From Acidimicrobiales bacterium (GTDB lineage: Bacteria; Actinomycetota; Acidimicrobiia; Acidimicrobiales; RAAP-2), in contig DASZUK010000004.1 of NCBI GenBank assembly GCA_035547695.1, positions 1,299 to 65,298 on the forward strand: a DNA stretch of 64,000 nucleotides, written 5' to 3'. The position numbers were made by a program, and so were the translations under genes. This document shows positions 16,544 to 26,214 of the stretch, one piece after another (position 1 is the first letter of the stretch; each line of letters opens with the position of its first letter). The notes beneath the pieces are model-generated. The model did not search any database, was not told where the DNA came from, and saw only the letters and a list, made by a program, of their open reading frames with translations.

Positions 16544-18148
16544 CTACACCGCCCCGGCCAGCAGCCGGTCCTGGCGGTCGGCCTCGGAGCGGACACCCTT
16601 CCAACCGAGGGCCAGGTACAGCAGCGCGGCCACGCCCATGCCCATGTAGATGCTGAAGTCGGCCCCGTAGCCGTAGGCGTCCCGGGTGGCGTAGGTGATC
16701 GGGTTCAGCCACTGCGGCAGGGAGAACGTGGCGGACAGCGCGGAGATGGCGGCGTACATGCCGACCACCTGGGCGACGATGGCGGCCCAGTGCACCCCGC
16801 CGTTCCGGTAGTACAGGCCGCCACGGTCGGTCCGCTGTAGCTCGGCCGGCACGTACCGGGTCCGGCGCATGAACCAGTCCACCAGGTAGATGGCCGCCCA
16901 GGGGGCGATCCAGACGATGACGAGGTCGACGAAGTCCTCCAGGTAGGTGTTGAACGACGAGTTGAACACGGCGTACAGGGTGATCAGGAAGGCGATGGCG
17001 CAGTCGATCAGGACGGCCTGGTACCGCTTCACCTTCAGGCCCAGGGCCTGGAGGGTGACCCCGGACGAGTACAGGTCCAGGCTGTTGATGGCGAACAACT
17101 GCAGGATGCAGAAGATGAGGAACACGTCCACGAACCAGGCCGGGATGACGCTCTGGTGGGCGAACGGGTACAACGCTCCGACCCCGTGGTTGGCGGCGCC
17201 GATGCCGGTGAGGAAGGTGCCGACGGTGGCTCCCAGGGTCATGATCAGGATCTCCGGCACCGCGGTCCCCAGGAACACCCAGCCGACGATGGCTTTGCGG
17301 GAGGTGTCCGGCTTGCAGTACCGGCTGTAGTCGTTGCCGCACTCCGCCCAGCCCAGCCCGGCCAGGGTGATGGTGAACGCCAGCCCCTCCAGCCAGGTCT
17401 GCCAGTCCGCCGCGGCCTTCACCCCGTGCACTGTGGTGTGGGGGACCGCGAAGCCGAGCAGGACGGCGAACAGCACCAGGAACGGGATGACCAGGACCCG
17501 CAGGGTCTTGACGATGGTGGCGTAGCCCAGGAACGGCAGCACCCCCTGGACCAGGATGGCCAGGACCACGAACACGATCTTGGACGGGTCCCCCGGCGAG
17601 AACCCGGCCTTCACCGTCAGCACCATGGCCGCGCCGACGATGAGGATCAGCCCCTCGATCTCGAACCCGATCAGGGTGGCCCAGTTGAACAGGGAGATCA
17701 GCCGGGACCCGTTCGGGCCGAAGCTGGCCCGGTTGATGGCGAACACCGTCGTGCCCGTCTGGGGACCCTGCAGGCTGCACAGCCCCAACAGGAAGTAGGA
17801 CAGGTTGCCGACCACGATGACCACCACCGCCTGGGCGAAGGTGAACCCGAAGGTCATCAGGATGGCGCCGTAGATGAAGTACTCGATCTGGACGCTGGCC
17901 CCGGCCCACATCGCACCGACGTCGCGGGGCCTGGCCCACCGCTCGGAGACCGGGATGAAGTCGGTCCCGTGCTGCTCGATGTGGAACGCCTGGTCCCCCA
18001 GCGGGAGCCCGTCCGCACCGACGGTGGTCTCAGATGCGATGGCCACGTGCCCTCCGATCGCCCGTTGTCTGGCTGCCCGTGCGACGCCGTCGGTGGCGCA
18101 CTGCCCGGAGTCGGGCAACACCATGCGTGCTCCGCCGCGTGACGTCAA
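16544..18148 (-). CDS. NCS1-family nucleobase/hydantoin/allantoin-type permease
   Basis: 534-aa polytopic ORF with the N-terminal family motif HIEQHGTDFIPVSERWARP. The start is uncertain: ATG 18148, ATG 18124 or GTG 18046. Confidence 0.85.
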   Translation of the reverse strand: MTSRGGARMVLPDSGQCATDGVARAARQRAIGGHVAIASETTVGADGLPLGDQAFHIEQHGTDFIPVSERWARPRDVGAMWAGASVQIEYFIYGAILMTFGFTFAQAVVVIVVGNLSYFLLGLCSLQGPQTGTTVFAINRASFGPNGSRLISLFNWATLIGFEIEGLILIVGAAMVLTVKAGFSPGDPSKIVFVVLAILVQGVLPFLGYATIVKTLRVLVIPFLVLFAVLLGFAVPHTTVHGVKAAADWQTWLEGLAFTITLAGLGWAECGNDYSRYCKPDTSRKAIVGWVFLGTAVPEILIMTLGATVGTFLTGIGAANHGVGALYPFAHQSVIPAWFVDVFLIFCILQLFAINSLDLYSSGVTLQALGLKVKRYQAVLIDCAIAFLITLYAVFNSSFNTYLEDFVDLVIVWIAPWAAIYLVDWFMRRTRYVPAELQRTDRGGLYYRNGGVHWAAIVAQVVGMYAAISALSATFSLPQWLNPITYATRDAYGYGADFSIYMGMGVAALLYLALGWKGVRSEADRQDRLLAGAV

Positions 18149-18176
18149 GCCAACGTGGGTGAACGCCGGGCCACCG

Positions 18177-18240
18177 GCCGGCCCGTCGGCCCGTCGGTCA
18201 GCCGGCCCGTCGGCCCGTCGGTCAGTCGGTCAGCCGGTCA
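18177..18240. repeat. perfect 24-bp tandem duplication plus 8-bp partial units, spanning the stop of the 18230..20317 gene
   Basis: gccggcccgtcggcccgtcggtca occurs at 18177-18200 and 18201-18224, followed by gtcggtca and gccggtca. Confidence 0.9.
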
Positions 18241-20317
18241 GGTCCCCGCCGGTGACCGGGGTGGTGCACGGCCGGCGGCCGCACACGTTCGGTACCGTCC
18301 CGGTCAACTGGAACCGGTTCAACTGGTACTGGGCCGCCGGCACCTCCCGGGGGACCGTCTGGTGCGGGTCGGTGCCCGCCGTCGGCGGCTCGTCGGTGGC
18401 CGGCGGCGCCGGCACGCCGGGGTCCCAGACGTACAGGGCGGCCCTGCCCCGGTACGGGTCCTTCCTGATCGGGCGCAGCCCCCAGAACAGGTGGCCGGGG
18501 AACCGGCCGGGGGCCAGCGCCGGCAGGTGCACCGCCGCCCCGATGGTCCGGGCCTCGGCGACGGTGGTGACGTTGGACACCTGGTGGTCACCGAACCCCA
18601 TCTGCAGCAGCACCTGGTGCCGCGGCGTCCCCGGCAGCCCGCCGGTCATCTGCTCGGCGTAGCCGTCGGTCTCCCCGCGGTCCCACTGCATCTGGAGCAG
18701 GTCGAAGATGACCTGGCGGTTGGCCGGTCCGGGGTAGGCCGGTTGGAACAGGTCGTTGAACGCCACGAAGTCCGAGCTGCGGTCCAGCAGGACGGCGTAG
18801 TCCATGGACGGCACCCCGAGCACCGCCCGGCGGAACACGGTGGAGATGGCGGTCAGCGCGCCGCCGGCCAGGCTGCCCTCGCTGTTGCCGTAGTAGGTCA
18901 GCGGCGACGACGTGTCGACGAGGGCGGCCCCTGTTGTCCGGAACGCCGGGTCCGACGCCAGGCCCCCCACGGCGGTCATCAGCCGGCCCAGGTACAGGGC
19001 GTCGATCAGCGACTGCGTCAGGTGGTCCGGCAGGGTGGTGAAGTTGGACAGGTCCGCCAGCAGGGCGGCGTCGGCCAGCTCGTCGTTCCCTGTCAGCCCC
19101 ATCCAGTCGGTGGCGCACAGCACCATGTCGTAGCGGTCGGCCATGACCGACACGTTCTCGTCGCCGATCTTGGCGGCCACGTTGAACAGGCCCACCCCGT
19201 AGAGGACCGGACGTGCCGGGTGGGCCGCCGTGGCCGAACGGGGGACCAGGCAGCTAAAGGCGGCCTGTTGGACGTTGCCCGGCAACTGCTGCGGCAGCCC
19301 TGTCGGCCCCAGGTTCAGCGTCGACCCGTACGGGCCGCCGGGCTGGTCCAGGAAGCTGGGCACCGTGAAGGTGCCGTCGACCTGCCGGCTGTCGCTGCCG
19401 TCCTGGGCCGTCGTGAAGTCGGTGACCGCGGTCACCGCGAAGGAAGGGGCGCCGCCGTGTAACTGGGCCATGGCCACGTCGCGCATGTGGACGGCGTACC
19501 CGGTCAGGTTCCGGGTGCTGATGACGGTGAAGTCCCAGGCCACCGTCAACGACCCGGTGGGGACGTGGCGGCGGTGCAGCCAGGACACCAGGGCCCGTTC
19601 GTGGTCGAGGAACGCCGCCGTCACCCCCTGCGGGGCTGGCCGCCGGCCCAGGACGGCGGCGAACGCCGGCCCCGGGGCGACGGGCGCCCCTTTGGCCGTC
19701 CGCACCCCGGTCAGGGCCACCGCGATGCGGTGCCCCTCCGGCAGGTTGGCGGCCGGGTGGACCATCAGCAGCCGGGTGGCCGGATCGCCGTCCCGGGCGT
19801 CCAGCTCCGCCCAGTACGCCAGCCGCTTCCCGGTGGCCTCGTCCACCAGCACCACCCCGGCCCGCCGGCGCAGCGATGTGCCGACGTGGCCGGCGTCGGG
19901 GATGCCCGACCTGGCCAGGTCGATGCCGGCGACGTGCACCAGGACGGTGCTGCCGGGGCTGAACCCGTCGTTGCGGCCGTACGCCGCCGGTGTGATGTGC
20001 AGGCCGACCACGTTGGTGGGCATGGCGGCCTTCGGGAACGCCACCTGCCGGCCCGACGGCATCGACCGGTCCACCACCGTGTAGTAGTCGCTCGGGAACG
20101 GCACCATGCAGGTCGACCCGCCCAGCGGGTCGCAGTCCGACGCCCCGGCCACCGACGCGCCCCAGTCGGTGCTCGGTGGTGCCGTCGGGCCCCGGCGGGT
20201 GGCGGCACCGGCGGCGGTGGGGGCGACCACCGGTGCCAGCAACGCCGCCGCCCCGACGGTGGCCGCGACGAGGACCGTGGCCAGGTGGCCGGCCGGCCGC
20301 CTCCCGGCCGGCCTCAT
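18230..20317 (-). CDS. secreted protein with C-terminal alpha/beta-hydrolase-like region
   Basis: 695-aa ORF with an RR-containing signal MRPAGRRPAGHLATVLVAATVGAAALLAPV. It has a nucleophile-elbow-like GNSEG and a downstream GDHQV. Its start overlaps the upstream SnoaL gene stop as ATGA. Confidence 0.72.
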   Translation of the reverse strand: MRPAGRRPAGHLATVLVAATVGAAALLAPVVAPTAAGAATRRGPTAPPSTDWGASVAGASDCDPLGGSTCMVPFPSDYYTVVDRSMPSGRQVAFPKAAMPTNVVGLHITPAAYGRNDGFSPGSTVLVHVAGIDLARSGIPDAGHVGTSLRRRAGVVLVDEATGKRLAYWAELDARDGDPATRLLMVHPAANLPEGHRIAVALTGVRTAKGAPVAPGPAFAAVLGRRPAPQGVTAAFLDHERALVSWLHRRHVPTGSLTVAWDFTVISTRNLTGYAVHMRDVAMAQLHGGAPSFAVTAVTDFTTAQDGSDSRQVDGTFTVPSFLDQPGGPYGSTLNLGPTGLPQQLPGNVQQAAFSCLVPRSATAAHPARPVLYGVGLFNVAAKIGDENVSVMADRYDMVLCATDWMGLTGNDELADAALLADLSNFTTLPDHLTQSLIDALYLGRLMTAVGGLASDPAFRTTGAALVDTSSPLTYYGNSEGSLAGGALTAISTVFRRAVLGVPSMDYAVLLDRSSDFVAFNDLFQPAYPGPANRQVIFDLLQMQWDRGETDGYAEQMTGGLPGTPRHQVLLQMGFGDHQVSNVTTVAEARTIGAAVHLPALAPGRFPGHLFWGLRPIRKDPYRGRAALYVWDPGVPAPPATDEPPTAGTDPHQTVPREVPAAQYQLNRFQLTGTVPNVCGRRPCTTPVTGGDLTG

Positions 20318-20763
20318 CGGAGGTCGAACAGCGTGTGGTGACCGACGTCGCCGACCAGGTCGACGACCATGTGCCGGTGCCGGAACCGCCAGGTTCCCTC
20401 GGCCCGGTCGAACCGGTCGCGGTACCGGCCGGCGACGATGGGCTGCAGGGCCAGCCGGTCGGGGACGGCCTGGAGGACGGTGAAGTACGACCGGGCGGTG
20501 GCCGTGCCGGCCGGCTCGTCCACGGTGACGACGACGTTGGTCATGACGTGCTTGGTCCTCGGGGTGCCGTCGTCGTAGCGGCGGGTGCTGGCCTCGTACA
20601 TGGCCCGCACCTCGTCACGACCGTGGCGGACCTGGTCGAACCCCTCGAAGGTGACGTCGGCGTCGGCGAACAGGTCGGCCACCCCGTCGAAGTCGCCGGC
20701 GTCGATCCGGTCGGCGTAGGTGAACAGCAGGTCCGTGATCTGTTCCCGGTCGGAGGCCCCCAC
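20314..20763 (-). CDS. SnoaL-like / NTF2-fold protein
   Basis: This is the C-terminal part of a spurious 641-aa track ORF. From GTG 20763 it reads VGASDREQITDLLFTYADRIDAGDFDGVADLFADAD... Confidence 0.72.
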   Translation of the reverse strand: MGASDREQITDLLFTYADRIDAGDFDGVADLFADADVTFEGFDQVRHGRDEVRAMYEASTRRYDDGTPRTKHVMTNVVVTVDEPAGTATARSYFTVLQAVPDRLALQPIVAGRYRDRFDRAEGTWRFRHRHMVVDLVGDVGHHTLFDLR

Positions 20764-20819
20764 GGGGCGAGTGTACGGCCGCGCCGGCCGCCGCCTATGG
20801 TCGGGGCTCCGCCGGCGGG

Positions 20820-22274
20820 TCAGCCCCCGAGCAGCCGTCCCATGGCGGTCGCCAACCGGCTCGGCCGGCCCCGCCGACCCTCGGTCCGGTCGGCCAGCTT
20901 CATCGACGCCAACCCGGCGTTGACCCCCAGCCACCGCAGCGGCTCCGGTTCCCACGACGGCGACCGGTGGCCCACCCACGGCAGCCGGACCAGGTCGCTG
21001 TCGCGGTCCAGGACCAGGTCGGCCAGGGTGCGACCGGCCAGGTTGGCGGTGGACACCCCGTCCCCCACGTACCCGCCGGCCCACCCCATCCCGGTGGCCC
21101 GGTCCAGCCCGACCGACGAGAACCAGTCCCGCGGCACCCCCAGCGGGCCGCCCCAGGTGTGGGTGATCCGCACCCCGGCCAGCGCCGGGAACAGGTCCAC
21201 CAGGGTGTCCCGCAGGGCTCGGTGCACCGCCGGCACCCGGTCGTAGGCCGGCCGGACCTGCGACCCGAAGTGGTACGGCGCCCCCCGGCCGCCGAAGGCG
21301 ATCCGGCCGTCCGCGGTCCGCTGGCCGTACACGATCAGGTGCCGGTGGTCCGAGAACGTCTGCCGGTCCGCCAGCCCGGCCTCGGCCCAGAACCGGTCGC
21401 CCAGGGGCTCGGTGGCCACCATCAGCGAGTACACCGGCGCCACCGCCCGCCCGGTGCCCGGCAGGCGGGGCGTCCAGCCCTCCACCGCCCGGACCACCAC
21501 GTCCGCCCGCACCCGGCCGCCCGCGGTGTGCACCGTCGGCCGCCGCACCGTCGGCCGCCGCGCTGGGGGCCGCCGCACTGGGCCGTCGCCCGTCCCCGGC
21601 GGCCCTCCCGGTTCGATCGCCGTCACCACGGTCTGCTCGTAGACGGCGCCGCCGCGGCGTTCCACGGCGCCGGCCAGCCCCCGGGCCAGCAGGGCCGGCT
21701 GCAGCGCCGCGCAGTGCGGCGTGTAGGTCGCCCCCAGCACCCCGGCCGCCCCGAGCACCGATCGGGCCTCGCCGGCGTCCAGCCACCGCAGGTCGTCCTC
21801 GGTGACCCCGTGCTCCCGGGCTTCGGCCACCTCCCGGCGGGCCCGCACCACCTGGGCCGGGCTGCGGGCCGCCACCACCGTCCCGCCCTTGGCGAACCGG
21901 CAGTCGATCCCGTCGGCCGCCGCCGCCCGGCCGACCTGGTCCACGCTGTCCTGCATGGCCCGCCGCATCGCCCGGGCCGCCCCCTCGCCGTGCTCCCGGG
22001 CGATGCGGCCGTCGGAGGCCGCGAACAGCGCCGAGCACCACCCGCCGTTCCGCCCCGACGCCCCGAACCCGGCCACCTCCTGCTCCAGCACCGCCACCCG
22101 CAGCGACCGGTCCGCGTCCAGCAGCGACCGGGCCGTCCACAGCCCGGTGAACCCGGCCCCGACGATCGCCACGTCCACGTCCAGGTCCCCCGGCAGGCCG
22201 GGGCGGGGGACGATGTCGCCGTCCACCTGGTCCCACCACAGGGACAGCCGCCGGTACGGGCCGGCGCCGTTCAC
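20820..22274 (-). CDS. FAD-dependent oxidoreductase (DAO family; gamma-glutamylputrescine-oxidase-like)
   Basis: 484-aa ORF with the dinucleotide-binding start VAIVGAGFTGL and GASGRNGG. It contains an internal RRPTVRRPTV duplication. Confidence 0.88.
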   Translation of the reverse strand: MNGAGPYRRLSLWWDQVDGDIVPRPGLPGDLDVDVAIVGAGFTGLWTARSLLDADRSLRVAVLEQEVAGFGASGRNGGWCSALFAASDGRIAREHGEGAARAMRRAMQDSVDQVGRAAAADGIDCRFAKGGTVVAARSPAQVVRARREVAEAREHGVTEDDLRWLDAGEARSVLGAAGVLGATYTPHCAALQPALLARGLAGAVERRGGAVYEQTVVTAIEPGGPPGTGDGPVRRPPARRPTVRRPTVHTAGGRVRADVVVRAVEGWTPRLPGTGRAVAPVYSLMVATEPLGDRFWAEAGLADRQTFSDHRHLIVYGQRTADGRIAFGGRGAPYHFGSQVRPAYDRVPAVHRALRDTLVDLFPALAGVRITHTWGGPLGVPRDWFSSVGLDRATGMGWAGGYVGDGVSTANLAGRTLADLVLDRDSDLVRLPWVGHRSPSWEPEPLRWLGVNAGLASMKLADRTEGRRGRPSRLATAMGRLLGG

Positions 22275-22310
22275 CGGCGGTCCCTCACCCGCCGCCCGGC
22301 CCGGCGCCGG

Positions 22311-23708
22311 TCAGATGCGCCGCCAGGCCTCGACCAGGACGTTGCGGAGCACCTCCGCCATCAGGTCGATCTCGGCCTGGCCGCAGATGAGCGGCGGCGC
22401 AAGCTGCACCACCGGGTCCCCCCGGTCGTCGGCCCGGCAGATCAGGCCGGAGTCGAACAGCGCTCCGGACAGGAACCCCCGCAGCAGGAACTCGCTCTCC
22501 TCGTCGCTGAACGTCTCCCGGGTGGCCTTGTCCTTCACCAGCTCGATCCCGTAGAAGAACCCGTCGCCGCGGACCTCGCCGACGATCGGCAGGTCCCCCA
22601 GCCCCTCCAGGGCCGCCCGGAAGCTGCCCTGGGTGGCCCGGACGTGGTCCAAGATGCCGTCCCGCTCGAACACGTCCAGGTTGGCCATGGCCACCGCGCA
22701 GCTCACCGGGTGGCCGGCGAAGGTGAACCCGTGGGCGAAGCTGCGGTCGCCGTGCAGGAACGGCTCCACCAGCCGGTCGGTGGCGATCATGGCCCCGAGC
22801 GGCGCGTACCCGCTGGTGAGCCCCTTGGCCACCGTGATGATGTCCGGCAGGTACCCGTACTTGGCGGCCCCGAAGTACTCACCGAGACGGCCGAAGGCGC
22901 AGATGACCTCGTCCGACACCAGCAGCACCCCGTACCGGTCGCAGATCTCGCGGACCCGGGCGAAGTACCCCGGTGGCGGCGGGAAGCAGCCGCCGGCGTT
23001 CTGCACCGGCTCCAGGTACACCGCGGCCACCGTGTCCGCCCCCTCCCGCTCGATGGCCCGCCCGATCTCGTCCGCCGCCCACCGGCCGAACGCCTCCCAG
23101 TCGTCCCCGTGCTCCGGCGCCCGGTAGAAGTTGGTGTTCGGCACCTTCACCGACCCCGGCACCAGCGGCTCGAACGGCGTCTTCAGCTCCGGGATCCCGG
23201 TGATCGACAGCGCCCCGAGGGTGGTGCCGTGGTAGGCGATGTCCCGGCTGATCACCTTCGTGCGGTACGGCTGGCCGGTCAGCCGGAAGTACTGCCGGGC
23301 CAGCTTCCACGCCGACTCCACCGCCTCCGACCCGCCGGTGGTGAAGAACACCCGGTTCAGGTCGCCGGGCGCCAGGCTGGCCACCCGTTCGGCCAGCTCG
23401 ATGGCCCTCGGGTGGGCGTAGGTCCACAGCGGGAAGTACGCCAGCTCCGACGCCTGCTTCGACGCCGCCTCGGCCAGCTCCGTCCGGCCGTGCCCGATCT
23501 GGCTGGTGAACAGCCCCGACAGCCCGTCCAGGTACCGCTTGCCGCTCTGGTCCCACACGTAGGCCCCCTCGCCCCGGACCATCACCGGCACCTCGTGGTG
23601 CGGGCCGTAGGCCCCCAGCCGGGTGAAGTGCATCCACAGGTTCCGCTGGGCCCGCTCGCTCAGGGTGTTGTCCCCGACGGTGCCGCTGACCGGTGCCACG
23701 TCGCTCAT
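22311..23708 (-). CDS. class-III (omega) aminotransferase, putrescine/GABA/beta-alanine:pyruvate type
   Basis: Motifs: FFTTGGSEAVESAWKLAR, DEVICAFGRLG and ITVAKGLTSGY (PLP lysine). ATG 23708 was chosen because the 54 upstream track codons are R/G-rich. The start overlaps the Lrp gene stop as ATGA. Confidence 0.9.
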   Translation of the reverse strand: MSDVAPVSGTVGDNTLSERAQRNLWMHFTRLGAYGPHHEVPVMVRGEGAYVWDQSGKRYLDGLSGLFTSQIGHGRTELAEAASKQASELAYFPLWTYAHPRAIELAERVASLAPGDLNRVFFTTGGSEAVESAWKLARQYFRLTGQPYRTKVISRDIAYHGTTLGALSITGIPELKTPFEPLVPGSVKVPNTNFYRAPEHGDDWEAFGRWAADEIGRAIEREGADTVAAVYLEPVQNAGGCFPPPPGYFARVREICDRYGVLLVSDEVICAFGRLGEYFGAAKYGYLPDIITVAKGLTSGYAPLGAMIATDRLVEPFLHGDRSFAHGFTFAGHPVSCAVAMANLDVFERDGILDHVRATQGSFRAALEGLGDLPIVGEVRGDGFFYGIELVKDKATRETFSDEESEFLLRGFLSGALFDSGLICRADDRGDPVVQLAPPLICGQAEIDLMAEVLRNVLVEAWRRI

Positions 23709-24274
23709 CTGGTCCCCCAGGTGTAGGTCTGCTTGGCCAACTTCAGGTACAAGAACGTCTCCGTCGACCGCACCCCCGGGATCGACCGGATCGAGTCGTT
23801 CAGCAGGTGCAGCAGCCGGTCGTCGTCCTCGCAGACCACCTCCGCCAGCACGTCGAAGGACCCGGCGCACATCACCACGTAGTCCACCTCGTCCAACGCC
23901 CCCACCTTGGCCGCCACCTGCCGGACGTCCCCCTCCACCCGGATGCCCACCATGGCCTGCCGGGCGAACCCCAACTGCAGCGGGTCGGTGACCGCCACGA
24001 TCTGGATGATGCCGTTCTCCCGCAGCCGCTGCACCCGGCGACGCACCGCGGCCTCCGACAGCCCCACCTCCTCGGCGATGGCCCCGTACGGCCGCCGGCC
24101 GTCCCGTTGCAGGGCCTCGATGATGGCCCGGTTGGCCCGGTCCAACAGCCCCGACGGCACCTGCCCGGCGCCGACGTCCGGGTCGGGGAGCGGGTTGTCG
24201 TCCGGCTCCAGGTCGGGGCGCTCGTCGTCGCGGCTGGGCTTGGCGGGCATGGCGCTGCTTCTCCTCCGCTCCAT
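23705..24274 (-). CDS. Lrp/AsnC-family transcriptional regulator (AldR-like position)
   Basis: 189-aa ORF with [37 protein letters not shown] and a C-terminal AsnC-type ligand domain. Confidence 0.9.
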   Translation of the reverse strand: MERRRSSAMPAKPSRDDERPDLEPDDNPLPDPDVGAGQVPSGLLDRANRAIIEALQRDGRRPYGAIAEEVGLSEAAVRRRVQRLRENGIIQIVAVTDPLQLGFARQAMVGIRVEGDVRQVAAKVGALDEVDYVVMCAGSFDVLAEVVCEDDDRLLHLLNDSIRSIPGVRSTETFLYLKLAKQTYTWGTR

Positions 24275-24483
24275 CTCGCGACCCTTACCCGACCGGAGCC
24301 GGACCGGGCCGCGTGTCGAATTCTTTCACGTCACCCTGCACAGTCAAGGGTTTTCGGCGTCCTCGTCCCACTTCTTCACGGTATCGCTTGTCCTACCCCT
24401 CATTCTCTGTGATCCTTGCGGTGAGCCATCGGACGGACCCGGTGCCCCGGCACATCGGTGCGGCACGTCCGTATGGCAGGTTT

Positions 24484-24499
24484 GTACGGCACGCCGTAC
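24484..24499. promoter_or_regulatory. 16-bp palindrome GTACGGC-AC-GCCGTAC in the Lrp / aldehyde-dehydrogenase divergent region
   Basis: The inverted repeat is perfect. A related half-site CGGCACGTCCGTAT lies at 24461-24474. Confidence 0.4.
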
Positions 24500-24536
24500 C
24501 GTATCCAGCCCGACCCAGCCCGCTCGGGAGGTCCCA

Positions 24537-26036
24537 GTGAGCGCAGACGCCACCACCCCAGGCACCCAGGACGGCCCAGGAACCCAGGACCGCCCCGGCA
24601 CCCGGGACGGACGGCCGCAGCTCCGCAACTTCGTCGGCGGCCAGTACGTCGACGCCGACGGGCCCATGGCGCCGGTCGTCGACCCCACCACCGGCCAACC
24701 CTACGCCGACGCCCCGGTGTCCGGGACCGCCGACGTCGACCGCGCCGTCCGCAGCGCCGCCGACGGGTTCGCCGCCTGGAAGCGGGCCACCCCGGCCGAC
24801 CGCAGCCTGGCCCTCCTCCGCATCGCCGACGCCATCGAGGCCCGCGCCGACGCCCTGGTCCGGGCCGAGTGCGCCAACACCGGCAAGCCGTACGCCCTGA
24901 CCATGGCCGAGGAAGTCCCCCCGATGGTGGACCAGATCCGGTTCTTCGCCGGGGCCGCCCGCCTGCTGGAGGGCCGGTCCGCCGGGGAGTACCTGGCCGG
25001 CCACACCTCCTACGTCCGCCGCGAGCCCATCGGGGTCTGCGGTGCCGTCACCCCCTGGAACTACCCCATGATGATGGCCGTCTGGAAGTGGGCCCCGGCC
25101 CTCGCCGCCGGCAACGCCATGGTGCTCAAGCCGTCCGACACCACCCCCGTCAGCACCCTGCTGCTGGCCGAGATCGTCGCCGAGCACGTCCCGCCCGGCG
25201 TCCTCAACGTGGTGTGCGGCGACCGCCACACCGGCCGGGCCCTGGTCGAGCACCCGGTGCCCGCCATGGTGTCCATCACCGGCAGCGTCCGGGCCGGCAT
25301 CGAGGTCGCCGGGTCCGCCGCCGCCGACCTCAAACGGGTCCACCTGGAGCTCGGCGGCAAGGCCCCGGTCATCGTCTTCGACGACGCCGACGTCGCCAGC
25401 ACCGCCGAGGGCATCGCCGGGGCCGCCTACTTCAACGCCGGCCAGGACTGCACCGCCGCCACCCGCGTCCTCGCCGGCCCCCGCGTCCACGCCGACCTCC
25501 TCGACGCCCTGGTCGACCAGGCCCGGGCCCAGACCGTCGGCGGCACCGACGTCGACGACGCCGACTTCGGCCCCCTCAACAACGCCGACCAGCTCGCCCG
25601 GGTCCGCGGCTTCCTCGACCGGGCCCCCTCCCATGCCCGGGTGCTCACCGGCGGCGAACCGGTGGGGGAGCGCGGCTACTGCTTCGCCCCCACCGTCGTC
25701 GCCGGCCTCCGCCAGGACGACGAGATGGTCCAGCACGAGATCTTCGGCCCCGTCGTCACCGTCCAGGAGTTCGACGGCGAGGCCCAGGCCCTCGAGTGGG
25801 CCAACGGCGTCCAGTACGGCCTGGCCTCCTCCGTCTGGACCAGGGACCACGGCCGCGCCATGCGGATGGCCCGCGACCTCGACTTCGGTTGCGTCTGGAT
25901 CAACACCCACATCCCCCTCGTCGCCGAGATGCCCCACGGTGGCTTCAAGCACTCCGGCTACGGCAAGGACCTGTCCGTCTACGGCTTCGAGGACTACACC
26001 CGCATCAAGCACGTCATGAGCCACATAGAAGACTGA
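24537..26036 (+). CDS. NAD(P)-dependent aldehyde dehydrogenase (gamma-aminobutyraldehyde / betaine-aldehyde dehydrogenase-like)
   Basis: Motifs: VTPWNYP, ELGGKAP (catalytic Glu), FNAGQDCTA (catalytic Cys) and EIFGPV. A GGGAGG SD lies 5 nt upstream of GTG 24537. Confidence 0.9.
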   Translation: MSADATTPGTQDGPGTQDRPGTRDGRPQLRNFVGGQYVDADGPMAPVVDPTTGQPYADAPVSGTADVDRAVRSAADGFAAWKRATPADRSLALLRIADAIEARADALVRAECANTGKPYALTMAEEVPPMVDQIRFFAGAARLLEGRSAGEYLAGHTSYVRREPIGVCGAVTPWNYPMMMAVWKWAPALAAGNAMVLKPSDTTPVSTLLLAEIVAEHVPPGVLNVVCGDRHTGRALVEHPVPAMVSITGSVRAGIEVAGSAAADLKRVHLELGGKAPVIVFDDADVASTAEGIAGAAYFNAGQDCTAATRVLAGPRVHADLLDALVDQARAQTVGGTDVDDADFGPLNNADQLARVRGFLDRAPSHARVLTGGEPVGERGYCFAPTVVAGLRQDDEMVQHEIFGPVVTVQEFDGEAQALEWANGVQYGLASSVWTRDHGRAMRMARDLDFGCVWINTHIPLVAEMPHGGFKHSGYGKDLSVYGFEDYTRIKHVMSHIED

Positions 26037-26044
26037 GAGAGGTG

Positions 26045-26211
26045 ACGGCCGGCGTGGGGCTGGGGCCCCACGCTTCGGAGGAGGACGCCATCGTCGGACG
26101 GGGCAGTGGGGCCCCGGCCGGGCAAGGAGACACAGACGGCCGGCGTGGGGCTGGGGCCCCACGCTTCGGAGGAGGCCGGGGTTGGGGCCCCGGCCGGGCA
26201 AGGAGACACAG
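26045..26211 (+). repeat. two tandem copies (91 and 76 nt) of a GGGGCCCC-centred intercistronic repeat; copy 2 supplies the ald SD
   Basis: ACGGCCGGCGTGGGGCTGGGGCCCCACGCTTCGGAGGAGG...GGGGCCCCGGCCGGGCAAGGAGACACAG occurs at 26045-26135 and 26136-26211. The copies differ only by an internal indel. Confidence 0.9.
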
Positions 26212-26214
26212 TCC

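Noticed and set aside
26045-26211. CRISPR array (this and the other tandem repeats).
   Set aside because: The copies are directly adjacent without unique spacers, there are only 2-3 units, no cas genes are present, and the units overlap SDs or stop codons.
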